NCBI GenBank assembly: GCA_964487285.1
Contig: CAZAPZ010000002.1
Coordinates: 1 to 38,396, forward strand
Direction of reading: 5' to 3'
Length of the DNA stretch: 38,396 nt
DNA from: an uncultured Campylobacterales bacterium
GTDB taxonomy: Bacteria > Campylobacterota_A > Desulfurellia > JAADFJ01
Shown here: positions 16,879-27,844 of the stretch, one piece after another
Layout: each line of letters opens with the position of its first letter
How positions within the stretch are numbered: position 1 is the stretch's first letter
The notes under the pieces: model-generated
The model's database searches: none
What the model was told of the DNA's origin: nothing
What the model saw: only the letters and a program-made list of their open reading frames with translations
Program-made: the position numbers and the translations under genes

Positions 16879-18294
16879 TTAAAATCGATTTCTATTTTCT
16901 AAATCTTTGCTGCTCCATCCTCCGCCCAATGCTTTATATAGCGTAACCTGGTTTGTAAGAACCGCTGCATCTAAACTTACTAACTTTAACTTTGCCGCAA
17001 AGTATCCCCTTTCTGCATAAAGAACACTCAAATAATCCGAATATCCGCTGTCAAATCTTCTTTTTGACAAATAAAGCGCTTTTTTTAAAGCTTTTACTTC
17101 TTCACTTTGAGCCTCTATCTTTCGTTTTGAAATTTTCAATTTATTCAAAGCGTTAAAAACTTCTTTGAATGCATTTTTAACAGTCTGTTTATATTGAACA
17201 ACAGCTGCTTTTTTTTGAGCTTCTGCTATTTTAACATTTGATTTAATCCTTCCGAAATCAAAAATAGGTATAGCTGCAGCAGGTCCAATTCCCCAAATAT
17301 TTGCCGAACGCCGTATCAAATTGCTTAAATTCTCACTTTGAAAACCAAGCAATCCGGTTAAAGAGATTGACGGAAAATATGCCGCCTTTGCAGCACCGAT
17401 AAGCAAATTTTTTGCCTTTAAATTTTCCTCTGCCGCTTTGATATCCGGCCTGTTATCAAGCAAAGCTGATGGAAGTGCATCTGGAATCTTTATAGGATTC
17501 GGCAATTTTTCATTAAGTGTAATATTGTTATTAAAAATTTCTTTTGGACTTTTGCCAAGCAGCATGGAAAGAGCGCTCATCTGAACTATGTTTTGTTCTT
17601 TTAAAGACTCAACCAAAACTTTTGCATTTTCATATTGAGCTTTTGCCTGAAAAACTACAAGTTCATTAATTGCTCCATACTTATACTCTCTTTTTCTATA
17701 CTTGTAAGTTTCATTATATGATCTAAGTGTGTCCTGTGCTATTTTTAACTGTCTATTTACAGCAATAATATTGAAATACAGATTGGCTGCATTTGATATC
17801 AAAGAGAGTTTCGCTGTCTCTTCATTTGCTTTAATTGTCAGAAGAGACGCAAAAGCTGCTTTCTTTTGATCTTTTAATTTTCCCCAAAGGTCAACTTCGT
17901 AAGTCATTGGAGATGATATTGCAAAATTATTCAAAATCATCCCTCTTCCTTTTGGCAATACTTCATTGCTTGTCTTCTGCCTATAACCTGATGCTGATGC
18001 TGAAATATTTGGATAAAGATTAGCGCTTTGCAAGCCAAGATATGCTCTCGCATCCTCAACTCTAATAATGGCAAGTTTTAAATCATCGTTGTTTTTCAGC
18101 ACTTTTTCTATCAATTTGTTCAAGTTATTGTCATTAAAATTTTTCCACCAGTTTATATTGATGGTTTGCTGCCGGATACCGTTATTATAATATTGTGAGG
18201 GTAAATCCATTTTCGGCTTTGAAAATTTTGGTGCCGAACAGCCCTGCAGCAATAAAATTATACTTGCGGCAGTGATTAAAAATTCAGTTCTCAC
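16879..18294 (-). CDS. RND efflux outer-membrane factor lipoprotein (NodT/TolC family)
   Basis: 471 aa. Lipobox LLQGCS, two OEP repeats, C-terminal LYKALGGGW. Confidence 0.85.
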   Translation of the reverse strand: MRTEFLITAASIILLLQGCSAPKFSKPKMDLPSQYYNNGIRQQTININWWKNFNDNNLNKLIEKVLKNNDDLKLAIIRVEDARAYLGLQSANLYPNISASASGYRQKTSNEVLPKGRGMILNNFAISSPMTYEVDLWGKLKDQKKAAFASLLTIKANEETAKLSLISNAANLYFNIIAVNRQLKIAQDTLRSYNETYKYRKREYKYGAINELVVFQAKAQYENAKVLVESLKEQNIVQMSALSMLLGKSPKEIFNNNITLNEKLPNPIKIPDALPSALLDNRPDIKAAEENLKAKNLLIGAAKAAYFPSISLTGLLGFQSENLSNLIRRSANIWGIGPAAAIPIFDFGRIKSNVKIAEAQKKAAVVQYKQTVKNAFKEVFNALNKLKISKRKIEAQSEEVKALKKALYLSKRRFDSGYSDYLSVLYAERGYFAAKLKLVSLDAAVLTNQVTLYKALGGGWSSKDLENRNRF

Positions 18295-21200
18295 TTTTGA
18301 CTCTCCTATTAAACCTTTTTTTGAATTTCATAACGAGATAGAAAAATAAAGGAATAAAAAATATTCCTATCAGCGTTACAAAAAGATCACCGCCGACCAC
18401 TGTTGTGCCTATGATGCGACGACTGTTTGCTCCTGCGCCGGTGCTAAACGCCAGAGGTAAAGTTGCTGCAATAAAAGCAAGCGATGTCATAACAATAGGT
18501 CTGAATCTTATTCTTGCTCCCTCAATAGTTGCATCAAGCAAAGAATAGCCCTCGTTTAATCTTTGCAGAGCAAATTGCACCATTAATATGGCATTTTTAG
18601 TTGAAAGGCCTACAAGCGTTATAATACCCACCTGAAAATAAATGTCGCTTTCAAATCCTCTAAACCAGATCGCCAGTGCTGCACCGAAAAGCGCAAACGG
18701 AACAGATAGTATCACCGCAAAAGGAATGCTCCAGCTTTCATACAATGCAGCCAAAATCAAAAATACAAAAATCAGAGCGTATATAAATGAACTATTGCCT
18801 GATTTTGCGAGCTTTCTCTCCTGATATGACGTTCCCGACCATGCAATTGTATAGCCTGCAGGCAATATTTTCTCTGCAATCTTTTTAATAGCTTTCATTG
18901 CATCGCCGGATGAATATCCAAATTTAGGCTGACCTATTATGCCGGCTGCTTGAAATCCGTTAAATCTTTGCACTATACTTGGTCCGACAATCCTTTTAAG
19001 AGCCACCAGCGAGCTTATGGGAATTAAATTTCCGGTTATGGATTTTACAAAAATATCATTATAATCTTCTAAGTTTTCTCTGAATACCCCTTCGGATTGA
19101 AGATTTACATGATAAACTCTTCCATATAAGTTAAAGTCATTAACATAATATGTCCCAAATGTTGCACCTAATGTTGTAAATATGTTGGAGATAGGAACAC
19201 CTAAAGCTTTTGCTTTTTCTCTATCTACCGTAATTTTATACTGCGGCACATTTGTGTTAAGCGTTGAGCGCACCATCATAAGCTTGGGGCTTTGATTTGC
19301 CTTTTGAACAATCTCTTTTACATATTTGTCCAATAAATAGATGTTTGAACCTGTCCTGTTTTGAACATACATATCAAATCCGCCTGTTGTGCTCATACCC
19401 ATAATAGGCGGCGGATTCAGCGCCATAACAAAAGCTTTCCTATAGTGTGAAAACCGACCCATAAGTTGTTTTACTATTTCTTGAGAGTTTTCTTTCCTTT
19501 TTGACCAATTTTTCAAATGGGCAAAACCGATCCCTGCATCCGTTTTGTAGGCAAAAGTCATTAAATCAAGTCCCGCCATAGTCGCAATCGTCGTGACGTT
19601 AGGATTGCTCATTACTATTTTACTCAAATCCTTTTGAACTTTTACGGTTCTGCTCAACGATGCTCCAGGCATTAAATAATCAAAAAGCATGATAACGCCT
19701 TTGTCCTCATTGGGCACCAAACCTGTGGGCAGTTTGTGTATTATCAAATCCGTTGAAAAAAGCATTACGGCAAATAAAGCTATTGCCAGGATTCCATATT
19801 TTAAGATATGTCTAACGCCTTTTGCGAAATTTTGTGTTATATGTTTGAATATGATATTAAACTGTCTTGTCAGCCAAAATGGCTTCACTCTTTCCTTTTT
19901 CAAAAATATTGAGCATAATGCAGGAGTAAGCGTCAAAGCCACTATACCTGAGATAACCACAGATGTTGCAATGGTCAGGGCAAACTGCTGATACATTTTT
20001 CCGCTGAAACCGCCTATAAATGATGCGGGAATAAAAACGGCTGATAACACCAGCACAATGGCAACAATAGGTCCTGCAATCTCGCCCATAGCTCTATCGA
20101 CAGCATCTTTAACACTCAGATTTTCAGTATTCGTGTTCAAGATTCGGTCAACATTTTCTATGACAACTATAGCATCATCCACAACGAGCCCTATTGCCAA
20201 AATCAAGCCGAAAAGAGTCAAAAAATTGATAGAAAAACCCGCCATATAGAATCCTGCAAAGGTGCCTATTATTGATACGGGAATAGCAAGCACAGGTATA
20301 ATGGTGGCTCTTATTGTCCCGAGAAAAATATAGATAATAATAACAACAAGAACAATTGCAAACAAAAGAGTATATATAACCTCTTTGATGGATTCATGTA
20401 CAAACTTCGTTGTATCATAAGCATTGTGATATTGAAGATCGGATGGAAATCTTTTTGATAATTTTACCATAGTACTATCCACAGCTTGCGAAACATTAAG
20501 AGCATTGGCACCGGGAGATAAAAAAATTCCTACAAATACAGCCGGATGATTATTGAAGCTGCCCTGCAGAAAATATCGCTCGGATCCTAATTTCACACTT
20601 GCAACATCTTTTAATCTTAAAGCAGAGCCGTCACTATTTGATCTTATAATAATATTTCCGAACTGTTTAACGGTTTTAAGCCGCCCTCTCGTTGTGACAG
20701 TATATGTATATGTTTGCCTCTTTTTCACCGGCTCTTGGCCGATTTGACCTGCCGCAAATTGATTATTTTGACTTCTTATTGCGTTTATAATATCTGTCAC
20801 AGTTAACCCGTAAGAGGCAAGCTTATCGGGTTTTAACCAAACCCTGACGGAGTAATTTTGATTTCCGAATATCATAGCTTCACCGACGCCGGGAATCCTT
20901 TTTAAACGATCCAATACATTGATAAGCACGTAATTTGAGATATAAAGTGTGTTATGTTTATTATTCTTAGAAGTAAAAGTAAAAATTTTTAAAATATCTG
21001 GAGATCTTTCCCTGACGCTGATACCCTGCCTTCTAACAGCTTCGGGCAGTTTGTTTAGAGCTGTCTGAACCCTATTATTAACATCCACTTTTGCAACAGC
21101 CGGGTCCGTACCAATCTTAAAAGAAACACTCAAGGTCAATACTCCGCTTGGTGATGCCGTTGATGTCATATATATCATATTTTTAACACCGTTTATCGAC

Positions 21201-21403
21201 TCTTCAAGCGGTGCAGCAACTGTTTTCGACAAAGTCTCAGCATCTGCACCAGGATACACGGCTTGCACACTTATCTGAGGCGGAACAATACTTGGATACT
21301 CCTGAACGGGTAATTCTTTAATTGCAATAAGTCCCATCAGAATAATAATTATCGATATTACCGCTGCAAATATAGGCCTGTTTATAAAAAACCTGGAAAA
21401 CAT
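18284..21403 (-). CDS. RND (AcrB/HAE1-type) inner-membrane efflux transporter
   Basis: 1039 aa. MFSRFFINRPIFAAVISIIIILMG..., 12-TM architecture, VVDDAIVVIENV motif. Confidence 0.9.
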   Translation of the reverse strand: MFSRFFINRPIFAAVISIIIILMGLIAIKELPVQEYPSIVPPQISVQAVYPGADAETLSKTVAAPLEESINGVKNMIYMTSTASPSGVLTLSVSFKIGTDPAVAKVDVNNRVQTALNKLPEAVRRQGISVRERSPDILKIFTFTSKNNKHNTLYISNYVLINVLDRLKRIPGVGEAMIFGNQNYSVRVWLKPDKLASYGLTVTDIINAIRSQNNQFAAGQIGQEPVKKRQTYTYTVTTRGRLKTVKQFGNIIIRSNSDGSALRLKDVASVKLGSERYFLQGSFNNHPAVFVGIFLSPGANALNVSQAVDSTMVKLSKRFPSDLQYHNAYDTTKFVHESIKEVIYTLLFAIVLVVIIIYIFLGTIRATIIPVLAIPVSIIGTFAGFYMAGFSINFLTLFGLILAIGLVVDDAIVVIENVDRILNTNTENLSVKDAVDRAMGEIAGPIVAIVLVLSAVFIPASFIGGFSGKMYQQFALTIATSVVISGIVALTLTPALCSIFLKKERVKPFWLTRQFNIIFKHITQNFAKGVRHILKYGILAIALFAVMLFSTDLIIHKLPTGLVPNEDKGVIMLFDYLMPGASLSRTVKVQKDLSKIVMSNPNVTTIATMAGLDLMTFAYKTDAGIGFAHLKNWSKRKENSQEIVKQLMGRFSHYRKAFVMALNPPPIMGMSTTGGFDMYVQNRTGSNIYLLDKYVKEIVQKANQSPKLMMVRSTLNTNVPQYKITVDREKAKALGVPISNIFTTLGATFGTYYVNDFNLYGRVYHVNLQSEGVFRENLEDYNDIFVKSITGNLIPISSLVALKRIVGPSIVQRFNGFQAAGIIGQPKFGYSSGDAMKAIKKIAEKILPAGYTIAWSGTSYQERKLAKSGNSSFIYALIFVFLILAALYESWSIPFAVILSVPFALFGAALAIWFRGFESDIYFQVGIITLVGLSTKNAILMVQFALQRLNEGYSLLDATIEGARIRFRPIVMTSLAFIAATLPLAFSTGAGANSRRIIGTTVVGGDLFVTLIGIFFIPLFFYLVMKFKKRFNRRVKSEN

Positions 21404-21405
21404 AG

Positions 21406-22533
21406 TTATTGCTCCTTGATAATTTTACCTATTTTTACAGAAGCTCCCGGTCTTATCTTGAAAAAATTATCTACGATTACCAGATCGCCTTCTTTGAGAC
21501 CATGTCGAATAATATAGCGGTTTCCTGATGTTTCACCAAGTTTTACAGCTCTTACTTCAACCTTTCCATGATCCTCAATAAAAACCATCGCCCCCATTGG
21601 ATTTTGTAAAACAGCCCTTTGAGGTATTGTGACAACATCTTTCCTAACAAATCCATGCAGAATAATTCTCACAAATTCGCCTGGAAGCAACCAGCCGTCA
21701 TGGTTTTCAAAAATAGCCCTTGCCTTGATGCTTGAAGTTTTCATATTTATTCTCGCATCAATGAAATTTACAGTGCCTTGTATTTTAAGAATTTTTGAAT
21801 TAATTTTGACCGCAGCCTTGATATCGGATGTAAAATGATGTTGAATGTTTTTTATAAAATCAGTATCCGGAATCGAAAATTCAACATAAATCGGATCAAC
21901 CTGAGTTATTGTAGTAAGCGGTGTTCCATCGGTAACAAGACTACCGACATCGGTTAATGTCTGCCCTGTTATACCGTCGATAGTCGCCGGCACATCAGTA
22001 TAGCCGAGCTTGATTGCTGCTGCATCAAGCGCCGCTTCGGAACTTTTGACTTTTGCACCGGCGATCTCATAAGCTGATAGCGCTGCATCTCTCTGGCGGG
22101 CACTTGCACTATTTATTCCGTATAATATCTTTATGCGATGCCAATCTCTCGTCGCTTTTTCTAATTCAGCTTTGCTTACCTGAAGTTGAGCCCTTGCCAT
22201 ATTTACAGCAGATCGGTAGATAGCAGGCTCAATTTCATACATTAGCTCGCCTTTTTTAATAAACTTTCCTTCCGTATAAAACTTTTTTATTAATATACCC
22301 GTAACCCTTGCTCTTATTTTAACATTTTTAACGCTTTTTACCCTTGCAGGATATTCGAGATTGATTGGGATATTGCCCGCTTTGGGAACTTTGAATAGAT
22401 CAACTACCGGTATAGGTCGTTTTCTGTGAATATTTTTTTGTTTTTTCCCATAACTTGCAGCGGCTACGGCAACTGTTGCTATTATCAGCAGAATTACAAT
22501 TTTTGATATGGTTTTATATCTGTTTTTTATCAT
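21406..22533 (-). CDS. RND efflux periplasmic adaptor (membrane fusion protein)
   Basis: 375 aa with an N-terminal anchor. It has lipoyl/hairpin/beta-barrel MFP features (GELMYEIEP..., GYTDVPATIDGITG). Confidence 0.85.
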   Translation of the reverse strand: MIKNRYKTISKIVILLIIATVAVAAASYGKKQKNIHRKRPIPVVDLFKVPKAGNIPINLEYPARVKSVKNVKIRARVTGILIKKFYTEGKFIKKGELMYEIEPAIYRSAVNMARAQLQVSKAELEKATRDWHRIKILYGINSASARQRDAALSAYEIAGAKVKSSEAALDAAAIKLGYTDVPATIDGITGQTLTDVGSLVTDGTPLTTITQVDPIYVEFSIPDTDFIKNIQHHFTSDIKAAVKINSKILKIQGTVNFIDARINMKTSSIKARAIFENHDGWLLPGEFVRIILHGFVRKDVVTIPQRAVLQNPMGAMVFIEDHGKVEVRAVKLGETSGNRYIIRHGLKEGDLVIVDNFFKIRPGASVKIGKIIKEQ

Positions 22534-22982
22534 GATTTCTCCTCATCCCGATACATCTCCTCCGATGCATCAAGCATAATATCAAGCACATTAAAAAAGG
22601 CTTCAATTTCGCTGTCGCTGACTCTGCTCCTAACGATAGATTCATATTCCTTTACAAAAGGCAAAGATTTGGAAAGAATGTGTCTGCCTTTCTCATTAAG
22701 CTCAACAATATATGCCCTCTTGTCATTTTTATTACGTACTTTTCCAATACATCCTTTTTTCTCAAGCAGATATATAGCTCTCGCTACGGTTGTTTTGTCC
22801 TTTGAGATCATTTTTGCTATCTGAATTTGAGTAAGACGCCCGTTGTCATCAACAATTTTCATAATTGCAAACTGTTCGCCCGTAATCTCAAAAGATTTCA
22901 GCAACTTATTAAATTGAAATCTTATTGCGTTAGTCACTTTATTCAGATTATATCCCAACGAGTTTCTGAAGCTATAATCCAT
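22530..22982 (-). CDS. MarR-family transcriptional regulator, first gene of the efflux operon
   Basis: 150 aa. Winged-helix TGEQFAIMKIV...LTQIQIAKMISKDKTTVARAIYLLEKKGCI...NDKRA. A 4 nt overlap joins it to the MFP gene. Confidence 0.85.
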   Translation of the reverse strand: MDYSFRNSLGYNLNKVTNAIRFQFNKLLKSFEITGEQFAIMKIVDDNGRLTQIQIAKMISKDKTTVARAIYLLEKKGCIGKVRNKNDKRAYIVELNEKGRHILSKSLPFVKEYESIVRSRVSDSEIEAFFNVLDIMLDASEEMYRDEEKS

Positions 22983-23018
22983 TAAGTCGATCCACCCTCC
23001 TTAAAGCTATTTAATTTA

Positions 23019-23032
23019 GTAGTATATACAAC
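23019..23032. promoter_or_regulatory. Candidate MarR operator (imperfect 14 bp palindrome) upstream of marR
   Basis: GTAGTATATACAAC has a perfect 8 bp core GTATATAC and one symmetric mismatch pair. It lies 37-50 nt upstream of the marR start codon. Confidence 0.35.
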
Positions 23033-23226
23033 CAAATGGATTTGTCAAACGATAAAAATTACCGGCAGTGATTTAAAAGCGAGTCGTTATAACCGGTTAT
23101 TCATTAACTGATGCTGCACACTAAACGCAGTTATTAAGTTTATATTGATATTTTGTCTATATTTCTTTCTCAGCTCATCTGTCGCGGATAGATTTTTTTA
23201 GTCTTAAGTATCGACCTAATTCCCTT

Positions 23227-23637
23227 CTATTTTGCTATAATATCGGAAAGCGTTATACTATTAAGAAACTCATTCAGTTTTCTTTCCAAACCGCTCCATA
23301 CGACTTGAGCATGGCAGCCGGTCATATCTATCAAAGGACAATCGGATGAATTATTCGTTGTACACGGTATCGACAGTTTAAGTGGGGATGTCGGATCTAT
23401 CAGCATTCTTATAGTTATATCATTCGGATCTTTATCCAATTTATATCCCCCTTTCGGGCCTCTATAACTTTTAAGTATTCCGGCTCTGGTGAGTTCTAAC
23501 ATTATCTTGCCGAGATATTTTAGCGGTATATTCTGCCGCTTTGAAATCTCTGCGAGCGTAACCGGTTTTTCATTATGAAGGGCGATGTCTATAACGGCTC
23601 TTAAGCCGTATCTGCTTTTTGTTGCGATTCTTATCAT
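23227..23637 (-). CDS. Rrf2-family (IscR/NsrR-like) transcriptional regulator
   Basis: 136 aa. MIRIATKSRYGLRAVIDIA...VTLAEISKRQNIPLKYLGKIM. Three Cys residues (C-x7-C-x7-C) suggest an Fe-S ligand set. Confidence 0.85.
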   Translation of the reverse strand: MIRIATKSRYGLRAVIDIALHNEKPVTLAEISKRQNIPLKYLGKIMLELTRAGILKSYRGPKGGYKLDKDPNDITIRMLIDPTSPLKLSIPCTTNNSSDCPLIDMTGCHAQVVWSGLERKLNEFLNSITLSDIIAK

Positions 23638-23677
23638 TTTTTTAACTTACTTTTTTTGCCTTCCACTGCATTACAAT

Positions 23678-26128
23678 TTATAGATCTATCTGTTTTAAAT
23701 GCAGCCAATTGCTTCCAACCTTCATATCAACGAGCATTTTAACCTCAAATTCAACGGCGTTTTCCATTACCTCTTTTATAATAACCGCCGCCTTTGCAAC
23801 ATCCTTCTCTGTTACCTCTACAATCAATTCATCATGTATCTGAAGTAAAATATCGGCTTCTACCTGCTCTTTTAACCTATCATATAGTTTAATCATAGCA
23901 ATTTTTATTATATCTGCCGATGTACCCTGAATCGGGGCATTAATGGCTGCTCGTTCGCCAAAACTTCTAATGCGAGGATTGAGACTATTGATTTCGGCAA
24001 TTAGCCTTCTTCTTTTAAAAAATGTTTCAACATAACCATGACGCCTTGCGAAAATTTTCATATTTTCCATATATTGTTTGACACCGTTATATTTTTCAAA
24101 ATATTTGTTATAATAATTTTCTGCGGTTACACGAGATACGGCAAGATTTTTTGCAAGGCTGTTAATACCCATGCCGTACATAATTCCAAAGTTAATAACT
24201 TTTGCCAATCTCCTCTGTGCTTTTGTTATAATTTTAATCGGCGTATCAAACAGTTTAGCCGCTGTCGATGTGTGAATATCCTCGCCGTTCTGAAAAGCCG
24301 AAATCAGCTCCTTGTCTCCTGAAACAGCAGCCATCACGCGCAGTTCCATTTGAGAATAATCGGAACTTATAAATTTGCACCCGTCTTTAGCAACAAAAGC
24401 ATCGCGTATTGAATGCTTATCGGCATCAGTAGGAATATTTTGAAGATTAGGCTCTGACGAAGAGAGCCTGCCTGTTGCAGTCAACTTCTGGTTGTATGTG
24501 GTATGAATCCGCCAATCGAGATTATCAGACAGTTTTATTAAAGGATCGATATATGTTGTTTGAAGTTTTTCAATCGATCTATATTTTATAATCAGCGGAA
24601 CAATAGGATGCTTGTCGGCAAGTTTGCTCAATGTCTCAATATCGGTAGATAATCCTATCTTGCCGCGCTTAATCGGTTTTAAACCTATTTTATCAAAAAG
24701 AAGTTCCGATATCTGTTTGGGCGAATTTAAATTAAGTTTATAATCGGATAACTTAAAAATGGCATCGGAAATGTCAAAAATCTCCTTTTCTAACCCCTTC
24801 CGTTTTTGATAAAGTAGATCTCTATCGACCTTTATTCCTTTTTTCTCCATATTAAAAAGAACCGTTGAAAGTTTTTGTTCGATATCGTAAAGAAAAGTCA
24901 ACCCGTCATTTTTCAAATGTTCCAAAGCCAATTTCTTAAGTTTAAAATAGTCCGTTATCTCAGGTTTCGGATTGCCGGTTAAATTAAATGATAGCCAGGA
25001 CAAACTACCCTTTTTTGTATTATCAATCAGATAGCTCGCTATACTTAAATCAAAATAGTTTTCCAAAACTCCGGCAATATGTAGAAGCTGTTTACTGTCA
25101 TTAACAACAATTTCTCTTCCTTTTATAACATTGCGAAATTCTTCCGATATATTAAGAGAGCAGACTGTGCCGTTATCTGCCGATAGAAGCACTGCTTCAT
25201 CTTTTATCTCAACGGCAAGAGCGGCATCATCTCCCAATTCTGATAAAAATTGATTATATGTTATAAAATTTTTATTAATGTTGTTGTCATCGTAAAGATC
25301 TAAAAGAAAACTTTTAAATTCCAGTTGTTTATAAATTTCAGATAACGCATTTTTATCGTTTTCCCCTTTTGTGAAAAGCTCTCGGTCTATTTGTATGTCA
25401 TCCTTAATCTCGGTAAGAAATAGCGCATCTGTCAGCTGTTTTTTGTTCTCCGCAAGGGAATTCCGTATTTTCTTGGGGAGCTTTTCCATATTATTATATA
25501 TATTATCTACCGAACCAAACTCGTTTAATAAAAACGCGGCTCGCTTGGGGCCTATTCCAGGAATACCGGGTATATTATCAGCATTATCTCCTACAAGTGC
25601 CAAAAACATTGCTATTTTATCGGGAAAAACAGCGAATTTCTTTTTTACCTCATCGGGCGTATATATTTTATCGCTGCTTATATTCCATACGGACACTCTG
25701 CTATCTACGCATTGCATAAGATCTTTGTCGCCTGTAACAATTAGAACAGGTCCTTCCCAATTTCTCGCAGCCGAATAGATTATATCGTCGGCTTCATATC
25801 CGTCTTTTACGATATAGCTGATGCCCATAGCATCGATAATTTTTTTAACTATCGGAATCTGAACAGACAAATCGGCGGGCATAGGAGGTCTTTGAGCTTT
25901 ATATGAATCATAAGCCTCTTTTCTGAATGTTTTTTCAATGCTATCGAATGCAACGGCAATATATTTCGGCGATTTCTCTTTTACAATGCGATTTACAAGT
26001 TTTACAAATCCATAAATTGCATTGGTTGGAAAACCGCCTTTGGTAGAAAGCGATTTTATTGCAAAAAAGCTCCTGTATAAATATGCATAGCCATCTATTA
26101 TGACAAGCTCATTGTTAGACAAAGTCAA
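23678..26128 (-). CDS. polA: DNA polymerase I (5' nuclease, vestigial 3'-5' exo domain, family A polymerase)
   Basis: 816 aa. [48 protein letters not shown]. The only in-frame start near the conserved N-terminus is a TTG, which overlaps the ilvE stop region by 14 nt. Confidence 0.9.
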   Translation of the reverse strand: MTLSNNELVIIDGYAYLYRSFFAIKSLSTKGGFPTNAIYGFVKLVNRIVKEKSPKYIAVAFDSIEKTFRKEAYDSYKAQRPPMPADLSVQIPIVKKIIDAMGISYIVKDGYEADDIIYSAARNWEGPVLIVTGDKDLMQCVDSRVSVWNISSDKIYTPDEVKKKFAVFPDKIAMFLALVGDNADNIPGIPGIGPKRAAFLLNEFGSVDNIYNNMEKLPKKIRNSLAENKKQLTDALFLTEIKDDIQIDRELFTKGENDKNALSEIYKQLEFKSFLLDLYDDNNINKNFITYNQFLSELGDDAALAVEIKDEAVLLSADNGTVCSLNISEEFRNVIKGREIVVNDSKQLLHIAGVLENYFDLSIASYLIDNTKKGSLSWLSFNLTGNPKPEITDYFKLKKLALEHLKNDGLTFLYDIEQKLSTVLFNMEKKGIKVDRDLLYQKRKGLEKEIFDISDAIFKLSDYKLNLNSPKQISELLFDKIGLKPIKRGKIGLSTDIETLSKLADKHPIVPLIIKYRSIEKLQTTYIDPLIKLSDNLDWRIHTTYNQKLTATGRLSSSEPNLQNIPTDADKHSIRDAFVAKDGCKFISSDYSQMELRVMAAVSGDKELISAFQNGEDIHTSTAAKLFDTPIKIITKAQRRLAKVINFGIMYGMGINSLAKNLAVSRVTAENYYNKYFEKYNGVKQYMENMKIFARRHGYVETFFKRRRLIAEINSLNPRIRSFGERAAINAPIQGTSADIIKIAMIKLYDRLKEQVEADILLQIHDELIVEVTEKDVAKAAVIIKEVMENAVEFEVKMLVDMKVGSNWLHLKQIDL

Positions 26129-27029
26129 GCCATTTTTTGTATTTGTTTATTCTTCCATGCACCGCATCAAAATAGAGAGTTTGAATCTTTTCGGTAATCT
26201 TGCCGCGTTTTCCTTCTCCAATAACCCTGCCGTCAACATTTCTGATAGGCGTAATCTCAACAGCGGTTCCCGCAAAAAATGCTTCATCCGCAATATAAAG
26301 CTGATCTCTTGTTATTCGCTCCTCTCTCACTTCGATTCCGTTGTCTTTGGCAATTTCCATTATGCACTTTCGTGTTATGCCCTCAAGTATTGTTCCTGAA
26401 GTAGGTGTATAAATTATTCCGTCTCGGACTGTAAAAATACACTCGGCGCTTCCTTCCGATACATATCCTTCATTATCTAATAGTATAGCTTCATCATAAC
26501 CGGCATCAACCGCTTCCCATTTTGCAAGCTGGCTGTTAACATAGTTTCCACAAGTTTTTGATTTTGTCATAGATGTATTAATAGGATTTCTAACATACGA
26601 TGAAATTTTTACTTTGATGCCGTTCTTCAAGCCTTCATCTCCAAGATATGTGCCCCATGGCCATGCCGCAATTGCGACTTGAATTTTGTTATGCTGAGGA
26701 TATAGTCCCATATCTCCATATCCGATAAATCCCAGCGGTCTGATGTAGCACTCTGCTAAATTGTTGACTTTTACCGTTTCTTTTGTTGCATTATAAAGCT
26801 CATCAAAGCTGAAAGGAATTTTCATATTCAATATTCGCGCCGACTGGATAAATCGTTTAGTATGCGACTTAAGTCTGAATACTGCAGGGCCGCTTTCAGT
26901 GTTGTAGCATTTTATTCCTTCAAAAATTCCAAGACCGTAATGGAGAGTATGGGTTAGCACATGGACATTTGCCCTCTCCCACGGAACCATTTTTCCGTCA
27001 AACCAAATAAATTTCGTTGATTGAACCAT
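26115..27029 (-). CDS. ilvE: Branched-chain amino acid aminotransferase (class IV)
   Basis: 304 aa. [55 protein letters not shown]. Confidence 0.9.
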   Translation of the reverse strand: MVQSTKFIWFDGKMVPWERANVHVLTHTLHYGLGIFEGIKCYNTESGPAVFRLKSHTKRFIQSARILNMKIPFSFDELYNATKETVKVNNLAECYIRPLGFIGYGDMGLYPQHNKIQVAIAAWPWGTYLGDEGLKNGIKVKISSYVRNPINTSMTKSKTCGNYVNSQLAKWEAVDAGYDEAILLDNEGYVSEGSAECIFTVRDGIIYTPTSGTILEGITRKCIMEIAKDNGIEVREERITRDQLYIADEAFFAGTAVEITPIRNVDGRVIGEGKRGKITEKIQTLYFDAVHGRINKYKKWLDFV

Positions 27030-27042
27030 TTAAACCTCCATA

Positions 27043-27070
27043 TTGACATTTTATTTTCTCTATATAAACT
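27043..27070 (+). promoter_or_regulatory. Candidate sigma-70 promoter for tRNA-Val
   Basis: A perfect TTGACA (27043-27048), a 16 nt spacer, then TAAACT (27065-27070). The -10 element ends about 18 nt before the mature tRNA 5' end. Confidence 0.4.
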
Positions 27071-27087
27071 TATCGCTACCTCTTTGC

Positions 27088-27162
27088 GGGCAATTAGCTC
27101 AGGGGTAGAGCGTTCGCTTCACACGCGAGAGGTCACAGGTTCGAAACCTGTATTGCCCACCA
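27088..27162 (+). tRNA. tRNA-Val (anticodon CAC), CCA encoded
   Basis: 75 nt cloverleaf folded by hand. Acceptor GGGCAAT/ATTGCCC, D arm GCTC/GAGC, anticodon stem TTCGC/GCGAG with loop TTCACAC, variable loop AGGTC, T arm ACAGG-TTCGAAA-CCTGT, discriminator A, then CCA. Confidence 0.9.
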
Positions 27163-27196
27163 CTTATTCTACATGCAAATTTATAATTTTAAAGTA

Positions 27197-27844
27197 ATGA
27201 TACATCTTATTTTATTGGCTGCAGGCAGCTCTATGCGATATGGAGTTGCAAAACAGTTTGTTGTAATAAACGGCAAACCTATATGGCAATGGACACTTGA
27301 AAACTTTATAGGTTTAGTTGATGATATAGTCGTTGTTGTTCCAAAAGACTATAAAGATATGTTACATAATAAATATGCAATACCTCTTAAATTTGTTACA
27401 GGCGGCAAAAGCCGATGCGAATCGTCGTATATCGGGGTAAAAAATGTGCAGGGCGGCATTACGCTTATTGAAGATGCCGCAAGGCCGATTTGCTCACCTG
27501 AGCTTATAAACAGAGTGATAAATTGCACGGTTGCTTTTGGAGCGGCTATTCCTGTAATACCCGTAAAAGACACTATTAAAATGGTAAATGGCGACAATGT
27601 AACGAAAACTCTAAGTAGAAAAGATCTGGTTTCAGTCCAAACTCCGCAAGGCTTTAAAGCTAAACTTATACAAAAAGCGTTAAAATACGCCATTCAAAAT
27701 AATCTTGATATAACAGACGATGCATCTGCGGTTGAAGCAATTGGAGAGACTGTTTACACGGTAAAAGGAGATGTTTCAAATATAAAGTTGACATACCCTG
27801 AAGATCTGAAATTTATAAAGGAGAAACTATGCGGATTGGAATAG
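27197..27844 (+). CDS. ispD: 2-C-methyl-D-erythritol 4-phosphate cytidylyltransferase
   Basis: ILLAAGSSMRYG...KQF, VTGGKSRCESS, VQTPQGF. I prefer the ATG at 27197 to the track start at 27173, which sits only 11 nt after the tRNA. No clear RBS supports either start. Confidence 0.85.
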   Translation: MIHLILLAAGSSMRYGVAKQFVVINGKPIWQWTLENFIGLVDDIVVVVPKDYKDMLHNKYAIPLKFVTGGKSRCESSYIGVKNVQGGITLIEDAARPICSPELINRVINCTVAFGAAIPVIPVKDTIKMVNGDNVTKTLSRKDLVSVQTPQGFKAKLIQKALKYAIQNNLDITDDASAVEAIGETVYTVKGDVSNIKLTYPEDLKFIKEKLCGLE

